From Candidatus Cloacimonadales bacterium (GTDB lineage Bacteria > Cloacimonadota > Cloacimonadia > Cloacimonadales > JAIOQZ01), in contig CAXXTU010000002.1 in assembly GCA_963662655.2 (NCBI GenBank), forward strand, positions 1,440,001 through 1,504,000: 64,000 bases of DNA, given 5' to 3'. Position 1 is the stretch's first letter; every line of letters starts with the position of its first letter. A program made the position numbers and the translations under genes. Under the pieces are notes generated by a model. It did not search any database. It had not been told where the DNA came from and was given only the letters and a program-made list of their open reading frames with translations. Positions 49,028-58,913 of the stretch are shown in pieces.

Positions 49028-49465
49028 ATGAAGATCAAGAGATTATTGATGGAACAGCCAAAAGAAGTCATTTCGATTCAGAAAAACGACACGATCAAAA
49101 ACGCCTTGGGCGTGATGAATCAGAAAAGAATTGGAGCGCTGATGGTCAAGGATGGCGAGAAGATCGTCGGCATCATGACCGAACGCGACATTCTGCGCAA
49201 TATTCACAAACTTCAGTGCTTCCGTGAAGACGAGAAAGTCGAAAGCATCATGACCCCAAGCGGCACATTCGTGCAGGGGGACGCGTCCGACGACATGCAG
49301 AAGGTCATGCAAACGATGACGGAGCGAAAGGTACGCCACCTGCCCATCTTCGATGGAGAAGAGATGATCGGCCTCGTCTCGATCGGAGACGTAATCCACT
49401 CCCTTCTACAGGCAGCCGAGCATGAGAACAACCTTCTGAAAGAGTATATCAGCAATCCATATTGA
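49028..49465 (+). CDS. CBS domain pair protein
   Basis: IGALMV..VGIMTERDI and VRHLPI..GLVSIGDV. Confidence 0.92.
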   Translation: MKIKRLLMEQPKEVISIQKNDTIKNALGVMNQKRIGALMVKDGEKIVGIMTERDILRNIHKLQCFREDEKVESIMTPSGTFVQGDASDDMQKVMQTMTERKVRHLPIFDGEEMIGLVSIGDVIHSLLQAAEHENNLLKEYISNPY

Positions 49466-49482
49466 AAAATTTTCACCCCTAT

Positions 49483-49530
49483 GCGGAGTCCTTCCTGAGT
49501 GAGGGGCCAGGTGGGATTCCGTTTTTTTCT
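49483..49530 (+). terminator. Probable intrinsic terminator
   Basis: GCGGAGTCCTTCCTG...CAGGTGGGATTCCG stem followed by T7, 18 nt after the CBS stop. Confidence 0.6.
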
Positions 49531-49650
49531 ACTGTTTGATTGACAATTTTCTACAGGCAATGCTATCAAGTTTATTCTGTGTCTTCAGGATAGAAGCCAT
49601 GACAGTTGCGTTTACCGGATAGATAACTCATTACAATAAAGGAGATTCGT

Positions 49651-50880
49651 ATGGCCAAGCAAACGGTTATTAAAGCAAGTGTGCTTTTCGATGGAAAAGC
49701 GAAAGTCGAGAATCGGTGGATCACGGTGGAAGGAACGGTAATTGTCGATGTCACGTCCAAAGAGAAGCCTCACGACTATGAAGGCGTGGTTACCCCGGGA
49801 TTCATCGACGCGCATTCTCACATCGGCATGGATCGCGAAGGCGAGCCGTATCAGGAAGCGGAAGCTAACGACCACTCGAGCCAGTTTCTGCCGTTGATCA
49901 ACCCCATTGACAGCATCTATTACGACGACCGGGCCTTCAAGGATGCCGTCGATTTCGGCATCCTCTATAGCTGTCTGGTTCCCGGAAGCGGTAACCTTCT
50001 GGGCGGCAAGGCGATGGTCATCCGAAACTTCGTCGAGAATCGCAAGGACGCGATGGTCAAGCACTACGGCTACAAGATGGCGCTGGGGTTCAATCCACGC
50101 TCAACCACCGATTGGAAAGGCGAGCGTCCCAACACCCGCATGGGCGTTTACATGATGCTGGAAAAGAAATTCGACGAAATCCTGCGCAAGAAAGAAAAGA
50201 CCGAACTCGCTCGCGACAAGAAGCTTAAAGAACTGGAACTGAAGCAGAAGGAAAAAAAGCTGAACAAAAAGGAGATCGAAGAGGAAAAGGCAATTATCCA
50301 GCGCGAGTATGAACTCGAGTTCTCGGCGGAAGAACTCGCGATTCTGGAACTCCTCTCCGGCGAAAAGGTCGCCAAGGTGCACGTCCACAAGGACGACGAC
50401 GTGCTCTACCTGATTTACCTGGTGAAGAAGTACGGACTCAAGGCTACAGCTGACCACACCGCCGACGTGTTCCACAAGGAGATATTCGACGAGCTCGCGA
50501 AAGCGGATATACCTGTTGTGTACGGGCCGATGGGAACCGTGGGCTACAAGGTCGAGCTGAAGCATTCGTATTACCAGAACGCGGAGCTCCTGATGAAGTC
50601 GAAAGCCTTCTACGGCCTGATGACGGATCACAGTGTGATTCACACCATCTGCCTGCGCGATACGCTCAAATACTTCCTCATCCACGGCATGAGCGAGGAA
50701 GAAGCCATCTCGATGATCACCTGGAAGAACGCTAAAATCCTTGGAATCGACGACTCGCTTGGTACGATCGAGCCGGGCAAGCTGGCCAGCCTGATCGTCT
50801 GGGACAAGAATCCGCTTCACCTCGGGGCGTTCCCCGTGATGGTGATGGCTGAAGGTAAGATTATACGCAAGAGGAAATAA
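49651..50880 (+). CDS. Amidohydrolase family protein
   Basis: PGFIDAHSHIG, KMALGFNP, TDH and GTIEPGKLASL. Confidence 0.9.
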   Translation: MAKQTVIKASVLFDGKAKVENRWITVEGTVIVDVTSKEKPHDYEGVVTPGFIDAHSHIGMDREGEPYQEAEANDHSSQFLPLINPIDSIYYDDRAFKDAVDFGILYSCLVPGSGNLLGGKAMVIRNFVENRKDAMVKHYGYKMALGFNPRSTTDWKGERPNTRMGVYMMLEKKFDEILRKKEKTELARDKKLKELELKQKEKKLNKKEIEEEKAIIQREYELEFSAEELAILELLSGEKVAKVHVHKDDDVLYLIYLVKKYGLKATADHTADVFHKEIFDELAKADIPVVYGPMGTVGYKVELKHSYYQNAELLMKSKAFYGLMTDHSVIHTICLRDTLKYFLIHGMSEEEAISMITWKNAKILGIDDSLGTIEPGKLASLIVWDKNPLHLGAFPVMVMAEGKIIRKRK

Positions 50881-50886
50881 GGCTAC

Positions 50887-52230
50887 ATGAATTTCAGCAG
50901 CGAAGAGAACATCTTCTCGGTGTCCGAGATCAACAGGCATTTGAAGAACGTTATCGAGACGAACATCCCCGACCTGTTCGTGGAAGGGGAGATCGCCAAT
51001 TTCACGCGTCACTTCTCGGGGCATATCTATCTTTCATTGAAGGATGAGAACGCCACTCTTCGCTGCGTCTTTTTCAAGACCTGGAACAGCTACCTCGATT
51101 TCTCGCCCAAGAACGGCGACAAGGTTATCTGTACGGGCAAGCTGACGGTTTACGAAAAGAGCGGCAACTACCAGATGAATATCACGCGGATGTATCCCAC
51201 GGGCATGGGCGATCTCCAAATCCGCTTCGAAGAGCTCAAGCGACGCTTGCAGGAAGATGGACTCTTCGACCAGGCCCACAAAAAGGTTTTGCCGCGATAT
51301 CCGGAAACGATCGGCGTTATCACTTCCGCCACCGGCGCGGCGATCGAGGATATCCGCAACGTGATCTCCCGTAGATGGGGCTGCGAAATCCGGCTGTATC
51401 CTGCCTTGGTGCAAGGCAATGGCGCACCCAAAAGCCTGATCGGAGGAATCGAATACTTCACGCGCAATCCGGTCGATGTGATCGTGATCGGACGCGGCGG
51501 AGGTTCGCAGGAGGACCTCTTCGTCTTCAACGACGAGATGCTCGCGCGAACGATCTACGACTGCCCCGTCCCAATCATTTCCGCTGTGGGTCACGAGATC
51601 GATTTCACCATCTGCGATTTCGTTGCCGACCTGCGCGCGCCAACCCCCTCGGCCGCGGCGGAGCTCGCCGTTCCCGATCGCAACGAGGTATTGGGATTCG
51701 TCTCCTCGCACGCACGTCACATCGAAATGCAGCTTCAGAACCACCTCAATCGCCTGCACCGGACGGTGGAAACGCTGCAATACAACATCGAGAGGAACAG
51801 CCCGTACGCAAGGTTACAGGCCCATCAGCAGCAGCTTGACGAAGCGACATACCGCCTGCTACAGACCATTCGCCTGATCGATCGCAAAAAGCTCCAGACC
51901 GAGCGCATTCAGCAGCGATTTTTCAGCGCGGTATCGTCCCTGACCGCAGATTATTGCAAAGACTGCCGCTATCGATTGAAAACCGCCGGACGGAAACTGT
52001 CCGACACCACGGAGCGCATCCTCGAGCGAAAGCAGAATCATCTCGCCACGCAATCAGCGCTTCTGGAGGATCTATCGCCCAAAGTGGTGATCAAACGCGG
52101 GTATTCCATCACGCGAAAAGCGGGGCAGATTATCCGATCCGCAAAACACGCGCAGAAAAACGACAAGCTGGAAGTAGAATTGCACGACGGCAGTCTGAAT
52201 TGTACAGTCGATGATGTAATATTGAGGTAG
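50887..52230 (+). CDS. xseA: Exodeoxyribonuclease VII large subunit
   Basis: VEGEIANF..SGH.Y.SLKD, GRGGGS.EDL, SAVGHEID and RAPTPSAAAE. Confidence 0.95.
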   Translation: MNFSSEENIFSVSEINRHLKNVIETNIPDLFVEGEIANFTRHFSGHIYLSLKDENATLRCVFFKTWNSYLDFSPKNGDKVICTGKLTVYEKSGNYQMNITRMYPTGMGDLQIRFEELKRRLQEDGLFDQAHKKVLPRYPETIGVITSATGAAIEDIRNVISRRWGCEIRLYPALVQGNGAPKSLIGGIEYFTRNPVDVIVIGRGGGSQEDLFVFNDEMLARTIYDCPVPIISAVGHEIDFTICDFVADLRAPTPSAAAELAVPDRNEVLGFVSSHARHIEMQLQNHLNRLHRTVETLQYNIERNSPYARLQAHQQQLDEATYRLLQTIRLIDRKKLQTERIQQRFFSAVSSLTADYCKDCRYRLKTAGRKLSDTTERILERKQNHLATQSALLEDLSPKVVIKRGYSITRKAGQIIRSAKHAQKNDKLEVELHDGSLNCTVDDVILR

Positions 52231-52231
52231 G

Positions 52232-53458
52232 TTACGCGATCCCGTCGATCTTGAGTTCTCCGTACTTCCCATCGTAGCCCGGAGGATCGAACCGGAAATT
52301 TCCCTTCTGCACCTGAAGAATAGCCTGAAGCGCTGTTTCAGGAATTACATCCTGCAACCTTTCCGTAACCGCCCCGGAAGTCCACAGTTCAATCTCGGAT
52401 CGATAGCATGCCATAATCGCGTCAAACATCGCCCGAACCTTTCGCGATGAAATGCTTTTCACACCCATCGCGGCAGCCAGAACCTCCACAAGCGGTATCA
52501 GGTGCAAACTCATGCGCGGAAGCGGAATCAACGATGCGTCCTGCAACGCGAGGCAGCGATGATACACGCCCTGATGCATACGCTTCCCGCAGTGCGTACA
52601 GCGGTAATCGGTGGGTGGGCAATCGTAATAAATCGAGTGCGGGACATCCGCGTTGAGTTTGTCGTGACCTGTCATGAAATAGCGCCCCTCCGCGGGATTG
52701 AACTCGGCGGTAAGCGCAACCCGGTTCTCACGCAACGCGTGAATGATCCCCGGGTAATCGTGGGAATCCGAATCGAGAATTGTGAATTCGCGTCCGATCC
52801 GGTTCAAGGCGGCGCTGTGGCAATCGCTGTTCGAGATCATGGTCAATCCGTGGAAATCGGGAATCGTCCCCAGCATCTCGGGATCGGCGCTCAGACCGGT
52901 CTCGATGACACGGATGCGCGAGGTGAAGTCTCCGTAGAATTCCCTTATTGACGAGAGCCCGTTGCGGCTGCCCATGATGCCGTCGGGCGTCATCACGTGG
53001 GCGGGGATGATCTCCACCAGGGGATCGATTTCGGCGATCTCGAAGAGCCTCTCCTGCAATTCACCCTGATTCTCCGTAACGATGAAGGGTCTGCCGATGG
53101 TGTTCTTGTCCCCGTGCTTCGCCATCAAACGCTGCAACGATTCGATCGCCCGGTAGTCCGGGAAAAGGATTACGTGATGCGCGACAGTTCGCTTAGCGTA
53201 ACCGGGAAGTTGGGTGGAAAAAATCACCTCGGTTTGCAAGAGGAATCGGGAGGAATCGCCTTCCAGCGCGAAGAGGCCGTTTTCCTCCTCGCGCAGAAGG
53301 TCGTATAATTCTTTGGTTCGTGGCGGATAAAGGCAATCCCCGGTCCCGAAGACATCGATGCCCTTACGCTTCATCGTACCGGCGACGTCCTCGAGGCGTA
53401 TCTGCCCCACTCCGCCTGCGTATCCCGAGTGAGAATGCAGATCGACTGCGATCTTCAT
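52232..53458 (-). CDS. Endonuclease Q family protein (PHP domain + Zn finger)
   Basis: DLHSHS, GTGD, GRP, IPAH, ETGLSAD, SNSDCHS, GRE, CxxCG and PGYDGKYG. Confidence 0.85.
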   Translation of the reverse strand: MKIAVDLHSHSGYAGGVGQIRLEDVAGTMKRKGIDVFGTGDCLYPPRTKELYDLLREEENGLFALEGDSSRFLLQTEVIFSTQLPGYAKRTVAHHVILFPDYRAIESLQRLMAKHGDKNTIGRPFIVTENQGELQERLFEIAEIDPLVEIIPAHVMTPDGIMGSRNGLSSIREFYGDFTSRIRVIETGLSADPEMLGTIPDFHGLTMISNSDCHSAALNRIGREFTILDSDSHDYPGIIHALRENRVALTAEFNPAEGRYFMTGHDKLNADVPHSIYYDCPPTDYRCTHCGKRMHQGVYHRCLALQDASLIPLPRMSLHLIPLVEVLAAAMGVKSISSRKVRAMFDAIMACYRSEIELWTSGAVTERLQDVIPETALQAILQVQKGNFRFDPPGYDGKYGELKIDGIA

Positions 53459-53481
53459 GGAATTCTCGAAAGCCTTTCGCG

Positions 53482-55200
53482 TTATCTCAGCTTCTTCAGC
53501 TCGTCACGCACGAAGTCAACCAGACTCGCGATGTATTCCTCGCTGAAATCGAACTTGATTCCCGCTGCCTCGTAAAGCTCGTCTACCGGCTTCGTGTAAA
53601 GCAGACTCAGGAAATTCTCGTACTGCTCGACGGCCTTTTCAGGATTCTCGCGGTAGTTGCGATAAATCGAGAGCGCTCCGAGCTGTGCGATACCGTATTC
53701 GATGTAGTAGAACGGGGTCTCGAAGATATGAAGCTGGCGCTTCCAGAGGTTCCTCTGATACGCCTCGAATCCGTCCCAATTGACGATGGAATCGTAACGT
53801 TTGCGCAGCTCCATAAAGTAATCCGAACGCTGCTCGGGCGTGTGATCCGGGTTCAGGTAAATCCACTGCTGGAACGCGTCGACAACCATGCACCATGGCA
53901 GGAATGTAAGCGTGCCTTCCAGTTGCTCACGCTTGGCTTTCTTGAGGTCTTCCTCGTCGCTGTAAAACTCGTCCCAGTAGTCCATCGAGAGTAGCTCCAT
54001 CGCCATGGATGCGAGCTCGGCAACTTCGCTTGGATGCTCGCGGTATGTATCAAGGCGCGTGTTGGACATCTTGGAGGCGTGCAACGCATGCCCCGCCTCG
54101 TGAAGAAGCGTGCTCACATCGTCCTGCAATCCCACAGAGTTCATGAAGATAAACGATGCGCCCCACTCGTTGAACGGATAGTTGTATCCCCCTGGAGCCT
54201 TGCCCTTGCGGTTGTCCAGATCGAGGAAACCGGTGTTTTTCATCAGTTGCAATTGCCTGCCGAATTCCGGCTTGATCTTGCTGAGGATGCGGATCGATTT
54301 TTCAGTAAGCTCGTTGGTATCCTTGTAAGGCTTGAGGATTTTTCCATCCAGGTCCACGGCGGTATCCCATGGGCGCAGTTCGTCCAAGCCTAGCTTTTCC
54401 TTCCGTTCCTCGTCAAGCTCCTTGATGAACGGCATAACCTGCTTCTCCACCGACTCGTGGAAGCGGAAAAGGTCTTCAGGAGTATATGAGAACCGCTTGT
54501 TCGAGCGATGTACGTAATCGCGGAAGTTGTCGAATCCGGCGTTTTTCGCGATCTGCACGCGGATATCCTTCATCTTGTCGAAAAGCTCGTCGAAGGCTTC
54601 GCTCTTCTCGGCGATCTTCTTGTGAATGATGTGGAAAACCTCTTCCCGTACTTTTCGGTCCTGCTTCTTCAGATAGACGGACAACTGCCGGAGCGTATGC
54701 TCCTTGCCGTCGTACTCGGCGGTTATTCCACCGATCATCGAGCCGTACTGATTTGCAATCTCACGCACCTGCTGGGCCAGCGGCGTGTTCTCTTCCCGGA
54801 ACAGCTCGATGTCCACAGCGATAAGCTGGTTGAGGTGATCGTATTTCGCGTGGTCCAGATCGTTGCGATACGGGCTGTCGTAGAATTTCCGCATCAATTC
54901 GAACGCCGGTTTCTTCATATTGCTGACGATGTCCGCATAAAAGCTGTTGAAGGCTTTCTCTTTCTCCTTGTCATCCGCGTAGCAGGACATGTCGATGTAG
55001 CGCCGCGCCATTTCGTCGCCGGTGATGAAATACAATTCGCTGAACCTCTCCATGAATTCGATCAATCTGTCAGCCGATTGAATCTCCATTTCCAGCAGCT
55101 TCTTGTATTCCGCTTCAATTTGATCCCAATTGGTAGGATTGAAGTTTTCCGAGAAATACTTACGGGGATTTCTGGTCAGTTTTTCATTCGTGAGTGCCAT
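53482..55200 (-). CDS. pepF: M3 family oligoendopeptidase F
   Basis: RKGKAPGGY, HEAGH zinc motif, AELASMAMEL and PFYYIEY. Confidence 0.92.
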   Translation of the reverse strand: MALTNEKLTRNPRKYFSENFNPTNWDQIEAEYKKLLEMEIQSADRLIEFMERFSELYFITGDEMARRYIDMSCYADDKEKEKAFNSFYADIVSNMKKPAFELMRKFYDSPYRNDLDHAKYDHLNQLIAVDIELFREENTPLAQQVREIANQYGSMIGGITAEYDGKEHTLRQLSVYLKKQDRKVREEVFHIIHKKIAEKSEAFDELFDKMKDIRVQIAKNAGFDNFRDYVHRSNKRFSYTPEDLFRFHESVEKQVMPFIKELDEERKEKLGLDELRPWDTAVDLDGKILKPYKDTNELTEKSIRILSKIKPEFGRQLQLMKNTGFLDLDNRKGKAPGGYNYPFNEWGASFIFMNSVGLQDDVSTLLHEAGHALHASKMSNTRLDTYREHPSEVAELASMAMELLSMDYWDEFYSDEEDLKKAKREQLEGTLTFLPWCMVVDAFQQWIYLNPDHTPEQRSDYFMELRKRYDSIVNWDGFEAYQRNLWKRQLHIFETPFYYIEYGIAQLGALSIYRNYRENPEKAVEQYENFLSLLYTKPVDELYEAAGIKFDFSEEYIASLVDFVRDELKKLR

Positions 55201-55224
55201 TATTTATATCTCCTTTCATTTCTA

Positions 55225-57336
55225 CTATTTAAAAGCTATCAACAAGGAATCTTCATACATTTCGAGCGGTGTAATCAACACTTCGAGATCAATTTTCCTC
55301 CCTGTTTTTGTAATACCGCTTGCAGGAAACCATTGATCCTCTTTCCCCTGCAAGAATGCAATCAGACCCTTTCGTATACCTGAAATCATTTCAATTGTAA
55401 CGAACTGGGTTAGCTCCGCTGCTATTTCATCGCAATGCTCCACCTCGAACAAATCCAGGCACGCTTTATTCGCTTCGAGGATCAGCATCCTGCTCATACT
55501 GTTCTGAACCACGTAATCGTCCGGCTCGAACACAACATCCATGCCGGTAATGATCCCATTCAGATAATTCCTTATTTTAAGCGCCGTCACAGGATCTTTC
55601 ACAATCAGCATCGGGGTCGGGTTCTTCTTGAAAAGCAGCCGGTTGAAACCATACTGCTCATCGAGCTTTTCCGTGCAATAACGATACTCGCTGATATCGA
55701 AGGTGCTCAGGAAAACTCGAACGGGTACTCCCTCTTCGTTTATCTGCACAATGATGTTGCTCGAAACCCAGATATATTTATCGAATTTCGATTTGAGGCG
55801 GTACGCGATCGTGTTGGAGATGATTGGCGCTTTGGAACCTTGCGCTTCGAACAGGTAGTTGCGTAAGAGACTCCTGTCGTCTGGATGCACGATTTCGATG
55901 AGATCCTGTTCCTGCATCGAGTAGATTTCATCATAGGTAAAACCATAGTGTTGAACGCAGTGGTGATTGGCGAATTCGATCTTCTTCTCGATGAAATTGT
56001 AGCATACAATCGACAGGTTCGTGAGGTGCATCAAGATATCCGATATCCCGCCATGCTTGAAATTTATATCGTCAAACAAATGAACGTAGTTTGTTATATC
56101 GGTAACGATTGCGAGAACGCCGGTGGGATTGCCATGTACGTCCCTGAGTGTTGTCGGTGATATCGTGAGCCACATGCGATCGCCATTCTTCTTGACGATG
56201 GCGAGCTCATACTTCTTGTCGCCGCGATCGGGGCGTTCCTGCCTCACGCGTTTGACCTTGCTGGACTGAAGGGGCTCAAAGAAATCCCAAATCTTACTCC
56301 CGATGAAATCATCCTCCGAAAAGCCGGTCATATCGCACAGCTTCCGGTTCACCATGGAGAATCGCTCGTCCTGATCGATGATCACGAGTCCTTCGTTCAT
56401 GTTCTCCATGAGAAGCTTGTAGTTCTGCATGGTCTCGTTGAGCTGGCGCTTGGCGTTGTGGTGATCCAGAAAACTGCCGATCCAGCTTGTAAAAACGTTT
56501 AGCGCTTCGAAGGACAGTTTCGCATCGAGCGAACAATCCGTGCGAAACATGATAGAGCCGATCAAGCGGTCATTGCTGTATAGAGGAAGTAAATGGGAGG
56601 TCGTTTTGAGGTTGTTGAACTTGAAAATCTTCGAATGTACTTGTCCCTCCGTGAAATTCTCGGGGAGACTCTCATTCGAGATTTTATCGGGAAAACTCAC
56701 GTCCGCAGGCCTTTCCTTCCAGGAAGCCACGAGCCGCATGTCATTGTAGCTGGCCAGGCTGTAGATCGCGCCGCCGTTTATCTTGTTGAGGCGACAGATC
56801 GCTTCGAGAATCTCGATCATGATCTTCTCGGTACTGCTGATATTTTTTACCGCGTCGAGTATCTCGTACTGGATTTTCAGGATGTTCTCGGCGTTGTCGA
56901 AATCGATTGCGGAAATTTTGCTTGCGATTCCATCGAGATTTTCGATCATCGGTAAGTCCCGATTCGCCTTTCCGATATGAAGATCGCTGGAAGTCGTATT
57001 GCCCAGATCGAATAAAGTGATGATCCCGAGATCGTTGTTCTCGATCCAAATGCATGAAACGATAAATGTGCGCTTTGACTTGCTTTCGTTCGTCGAAGGA
57101 TACTGGAACGTGAAATTTGTCTGATCCTTCTGGAGAAGCTTCGACATCATGTCGATGCCAACGATTCGGTCGAGAGAATCACCGATGAGCGAAGCTCTCT
57201 TACGTTTGAAATGCCGGTTGAAGATATCGTTGCAGTAGACGACCTGTCCACCCGGATTCTGCACGAGCACGGCCGGCTCCTTTATCTCCTGAATGACTTT
57301 CTGATAGTGTTGTAACTCCGTTTCATTCAACTGCAT
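55225..57336 (-). CDS. Multi-PAS/GAF-like sensor protein with no recognisable output domain
   Basis: PAS motifs (MENMNEGLVIID..N..C.MTG; IVHPDDR...YRL..K...WV) and a GAF-like segment; no H-box, GGDEF or HD. Confidence 0.75.
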   Translation of the reverse strand: MQLNETELQHYQKVIQEIKEPAVLVQNPGGQVVYCNDIFNRHFKRKRASLIGDSLDRIVGIDMMSKLLQKDQTNFTFQYPSTNESKSKRTFIVSCIWIENNDLGIITLFDLGNTTSSDLHIGKANRDLPMIENLDGIASKISAIDFDNAENILKIQYEILDAVKNISSTEKIMIEILEAICRLNKINGGAIYSLASYNDMRLVASWKERPADVSFPDKISNESLPENFTEGQVHSKIFKFNNLKTTSHLLPLYSNDRLIGSIMFRTDCSLDAKLSFEALNVFTSWIGSFLDHHNAKRQLNETMQNYKLLMENMNEGLVIIDQDERFSMVNRKLCDMTGFSEDDFIGSKIWDFFEPLQSSKVKRVRQERPDRGDKKYELAIVKKNGDRMWLTISPTTLRDVHGNPTGVLAIVTDITNYVHLFDDINFKHGGISDILMHLTNLSIVCYNFIEKKIEFANHHCVQHYGFTYDEIYSMQEQDLIEIVHPDDRSLLRNYLFEAQGSKAPIISNTIAYRLKSKFDKYIWVSSNIIVQINEEGVPVRVFLSTFDISEYRYCTEKLDEQYGFNRLLFKKNPTPMLIVKDPVTALKIRNYLNGIITGMDVVFEPDDYVVQNSMSRMLILEANKACLDLFEVEHCDEIAAELTQFVTIEMISGIRKGLIAFLQGKEDQWFPASGITKTGRKIDLEVLITPLEMYEDSLLIAFK

Positions 57337-58290
57337 CTACTCACCCGATATTTCCTTTGGAGCGTTCACAATTGTTTTGATCGATACGTCGCTTGAATTC
57401 GACCGTTTACGGAACAGGCTCACCAGCAACTCTCCGATCAGTCCGATCGAGAAGAATTGCATGCCCAGCATGATCATCAGGAGCCCCAGAAGCAAGAGAG
57501 GTCTGTCCGAAAGGGGCTGTCCAAAACCGAACTTGAGAACGGTGAGATAGGCCTCGATGAGAAATCCGACGACCATCATCGCCGTACCCCATCCGCCGAA
57601 GAAATAGAGAGGGCTGCGATTGTAGTTCGTGATCAGCCTGACGGTGACGAGATCGAGGAAACCTCTCATATAGCGCTCGACGCCGTACTTGGTCTTCCCG
57701 AATTTGCGTGGGCGGTGATCCACGGGGATTTCCGTCACCCGATAGCCTTTCGCATTGGCGAGAACCGGAATATAGCGATGCAGCTCGCCGTACACGTCGA
57801 TCTCTTTGACGATTTCCTTCCGGTACGCCTTGAATCCGCAATTGTAGTCATGCAGATGAAGCTTGAAAACGGAGGAGGTCACTTTGTTGAAGAAGCGGGA
57901 AAGCACCTTCTTCTCCAGCGGGTCGTTACGCTTCTTTTTCCATCCGGATACCAGGTCGTAGCCCTCGTCGAGCTTCTGAAGGAACTTGCCGATCTCGGCG
58001 GGGTTATCCTGTAGATCAGCATCCAGCGTGAATACGATATCTCCGTCAGCGTACTGAAAACCCTGCCTGAGCGCCGCTGACTTCCCAAAGTTTCTGCGAA
58101 GCCTGATGACGATCACGTTCTCGTTGTCCGAAGCGAGCCGATACATCTTCTCGTAGCTGCCGTCCGTGCTTCCGTCATCGACGAAAATGATTTGCTTCTC
58201 GTAATCCGGCGTGTTCTGGACGATCTCGTCGAAGAGCATTACAATGGTTTCTTCTTCGTTGTATACGGGTATCACAAACGAGAGTTTCAT
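57337..58290 (-). CDS. GT2 polyprenyl-phosphate glycosyltransferase (ArnC/GtrB/DPM-like)
   Basis: MKLSFVIPVYNEE, VDDGSTD, RNFGKS, DADLQD, HDYNCGFKAYR and two C-terminal TMs; true start at ATG 58290. Confidence 0.9.
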   Translation of the reverse strand: MKLSFVIPVYNEEETIVMLFDEIVQNTPDYEKQIIFVDDGSTDGSYEKMYRLASDNENVIVIRLRRNFGKSAALRQGFQYADGDIVFTLDADLQDNPAEIGKFLQKLDEGYDLVSGWKKKRNDPLEKKVLSRFFNKVTSSVFKLHLHDYNCGFKAYRKEIVKEIDVYGELHRYIPVLANAKGYRVTEIPVDHRPRKFGKTKYGVERYMRGFLDLVTVRLITNYNRSPLYFFGGWGTAMMVVGFLIEAYLTVLKFGFGQPLSDRPLLLLGLLMIMLGMQFFSIGLIGELLVSLFRKRSNSSDVSIKTIVNAPKEISGE

Positions 58291-58295
58291 AACTA

Positions 58296-58898
58296 TTACC
58301 CCGGTATGAAAATATTGGCCACTGCCATGACGATGGCAGTGAAAACAGGTATCTTGATGTTGTCGTCCATTGGAATCCTCGAAGCTTCGGCCACGGTTGT
58401 CGCCAGCGCTCCGACAAAACAGAGCACCGGGTGAATCCTGAACAGCAGCCCATACGTGAAGGTGCTGATGAAGCAAGCCAGACTTCCCTCAAGACTCTTG
58501 TTGGTGCCTTTGATCTTCCGCTTCCCCAACAGGATTCCGACGATCGCGGCGAAGGTATCGCCGATCGCCAGCGAAGATATGGCGAAGAACGCTATTTTAT
58601 CTCCGGGAAAGAAAGCGAAGCAAACCAGCGACGAAACCAGCAGGTACGTAGCGCCGGTGAAATTATTCATCTCGTGCTTGCGCAGGATGATCCCGAAGAG
58701 GTGATAAAAAATCCTTCGATAGGTGCGATTCTCGAGCCGCAATATCTCGATCGTCATCGCAACCAGCGTCAGAGGCAGGAGAACCAGGAACATCCACATC
58801 CGGTTCTCGTGAAGTATGTATAGATAGGACAGGGGAATCACAAGTGAGCTGATATGAATCGCCTTACGAAACGCCTCTTTCCAATTACGTGATTCCAT
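58296..58898 (-). CDS. Phytol/dolichol (polyprenol) kinase family membrane protein
   Basis: RKAIH, GATY, GDTFAAIVG..G...KSLEGS and DDN motifs of the SEC59/VTE5/DGK1 superfamily. Confidence 0.85.
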   Translation of the reverse strand: MESRNWKEAFRKAIHISSLVIPLSYLYILHENRMWMFLVLLPLTLVAMTIEILRLENRTYRRIFYHLFGIILRKHEMNNFTGATYLLVSSLVCFAFFPGDKIAFFAISSLAIGDTFAAIVGILLGKRKIKGTNKSLEGSLACFISTFTYGLLFRIHPVLCFVGALATTVAEASRIPMDDNIKIPVFTAIVMAVANIFIPG

Positions 58899-58913
58899 GG
58901 TCCGCTATCGATG

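Noticed and set aside
58291..58476. N-terminal extension of the GT2 ORF to 58476
   Set aside because: It overlaps the prenol kinase gene; the GT2 signature begins at ATG 58290.
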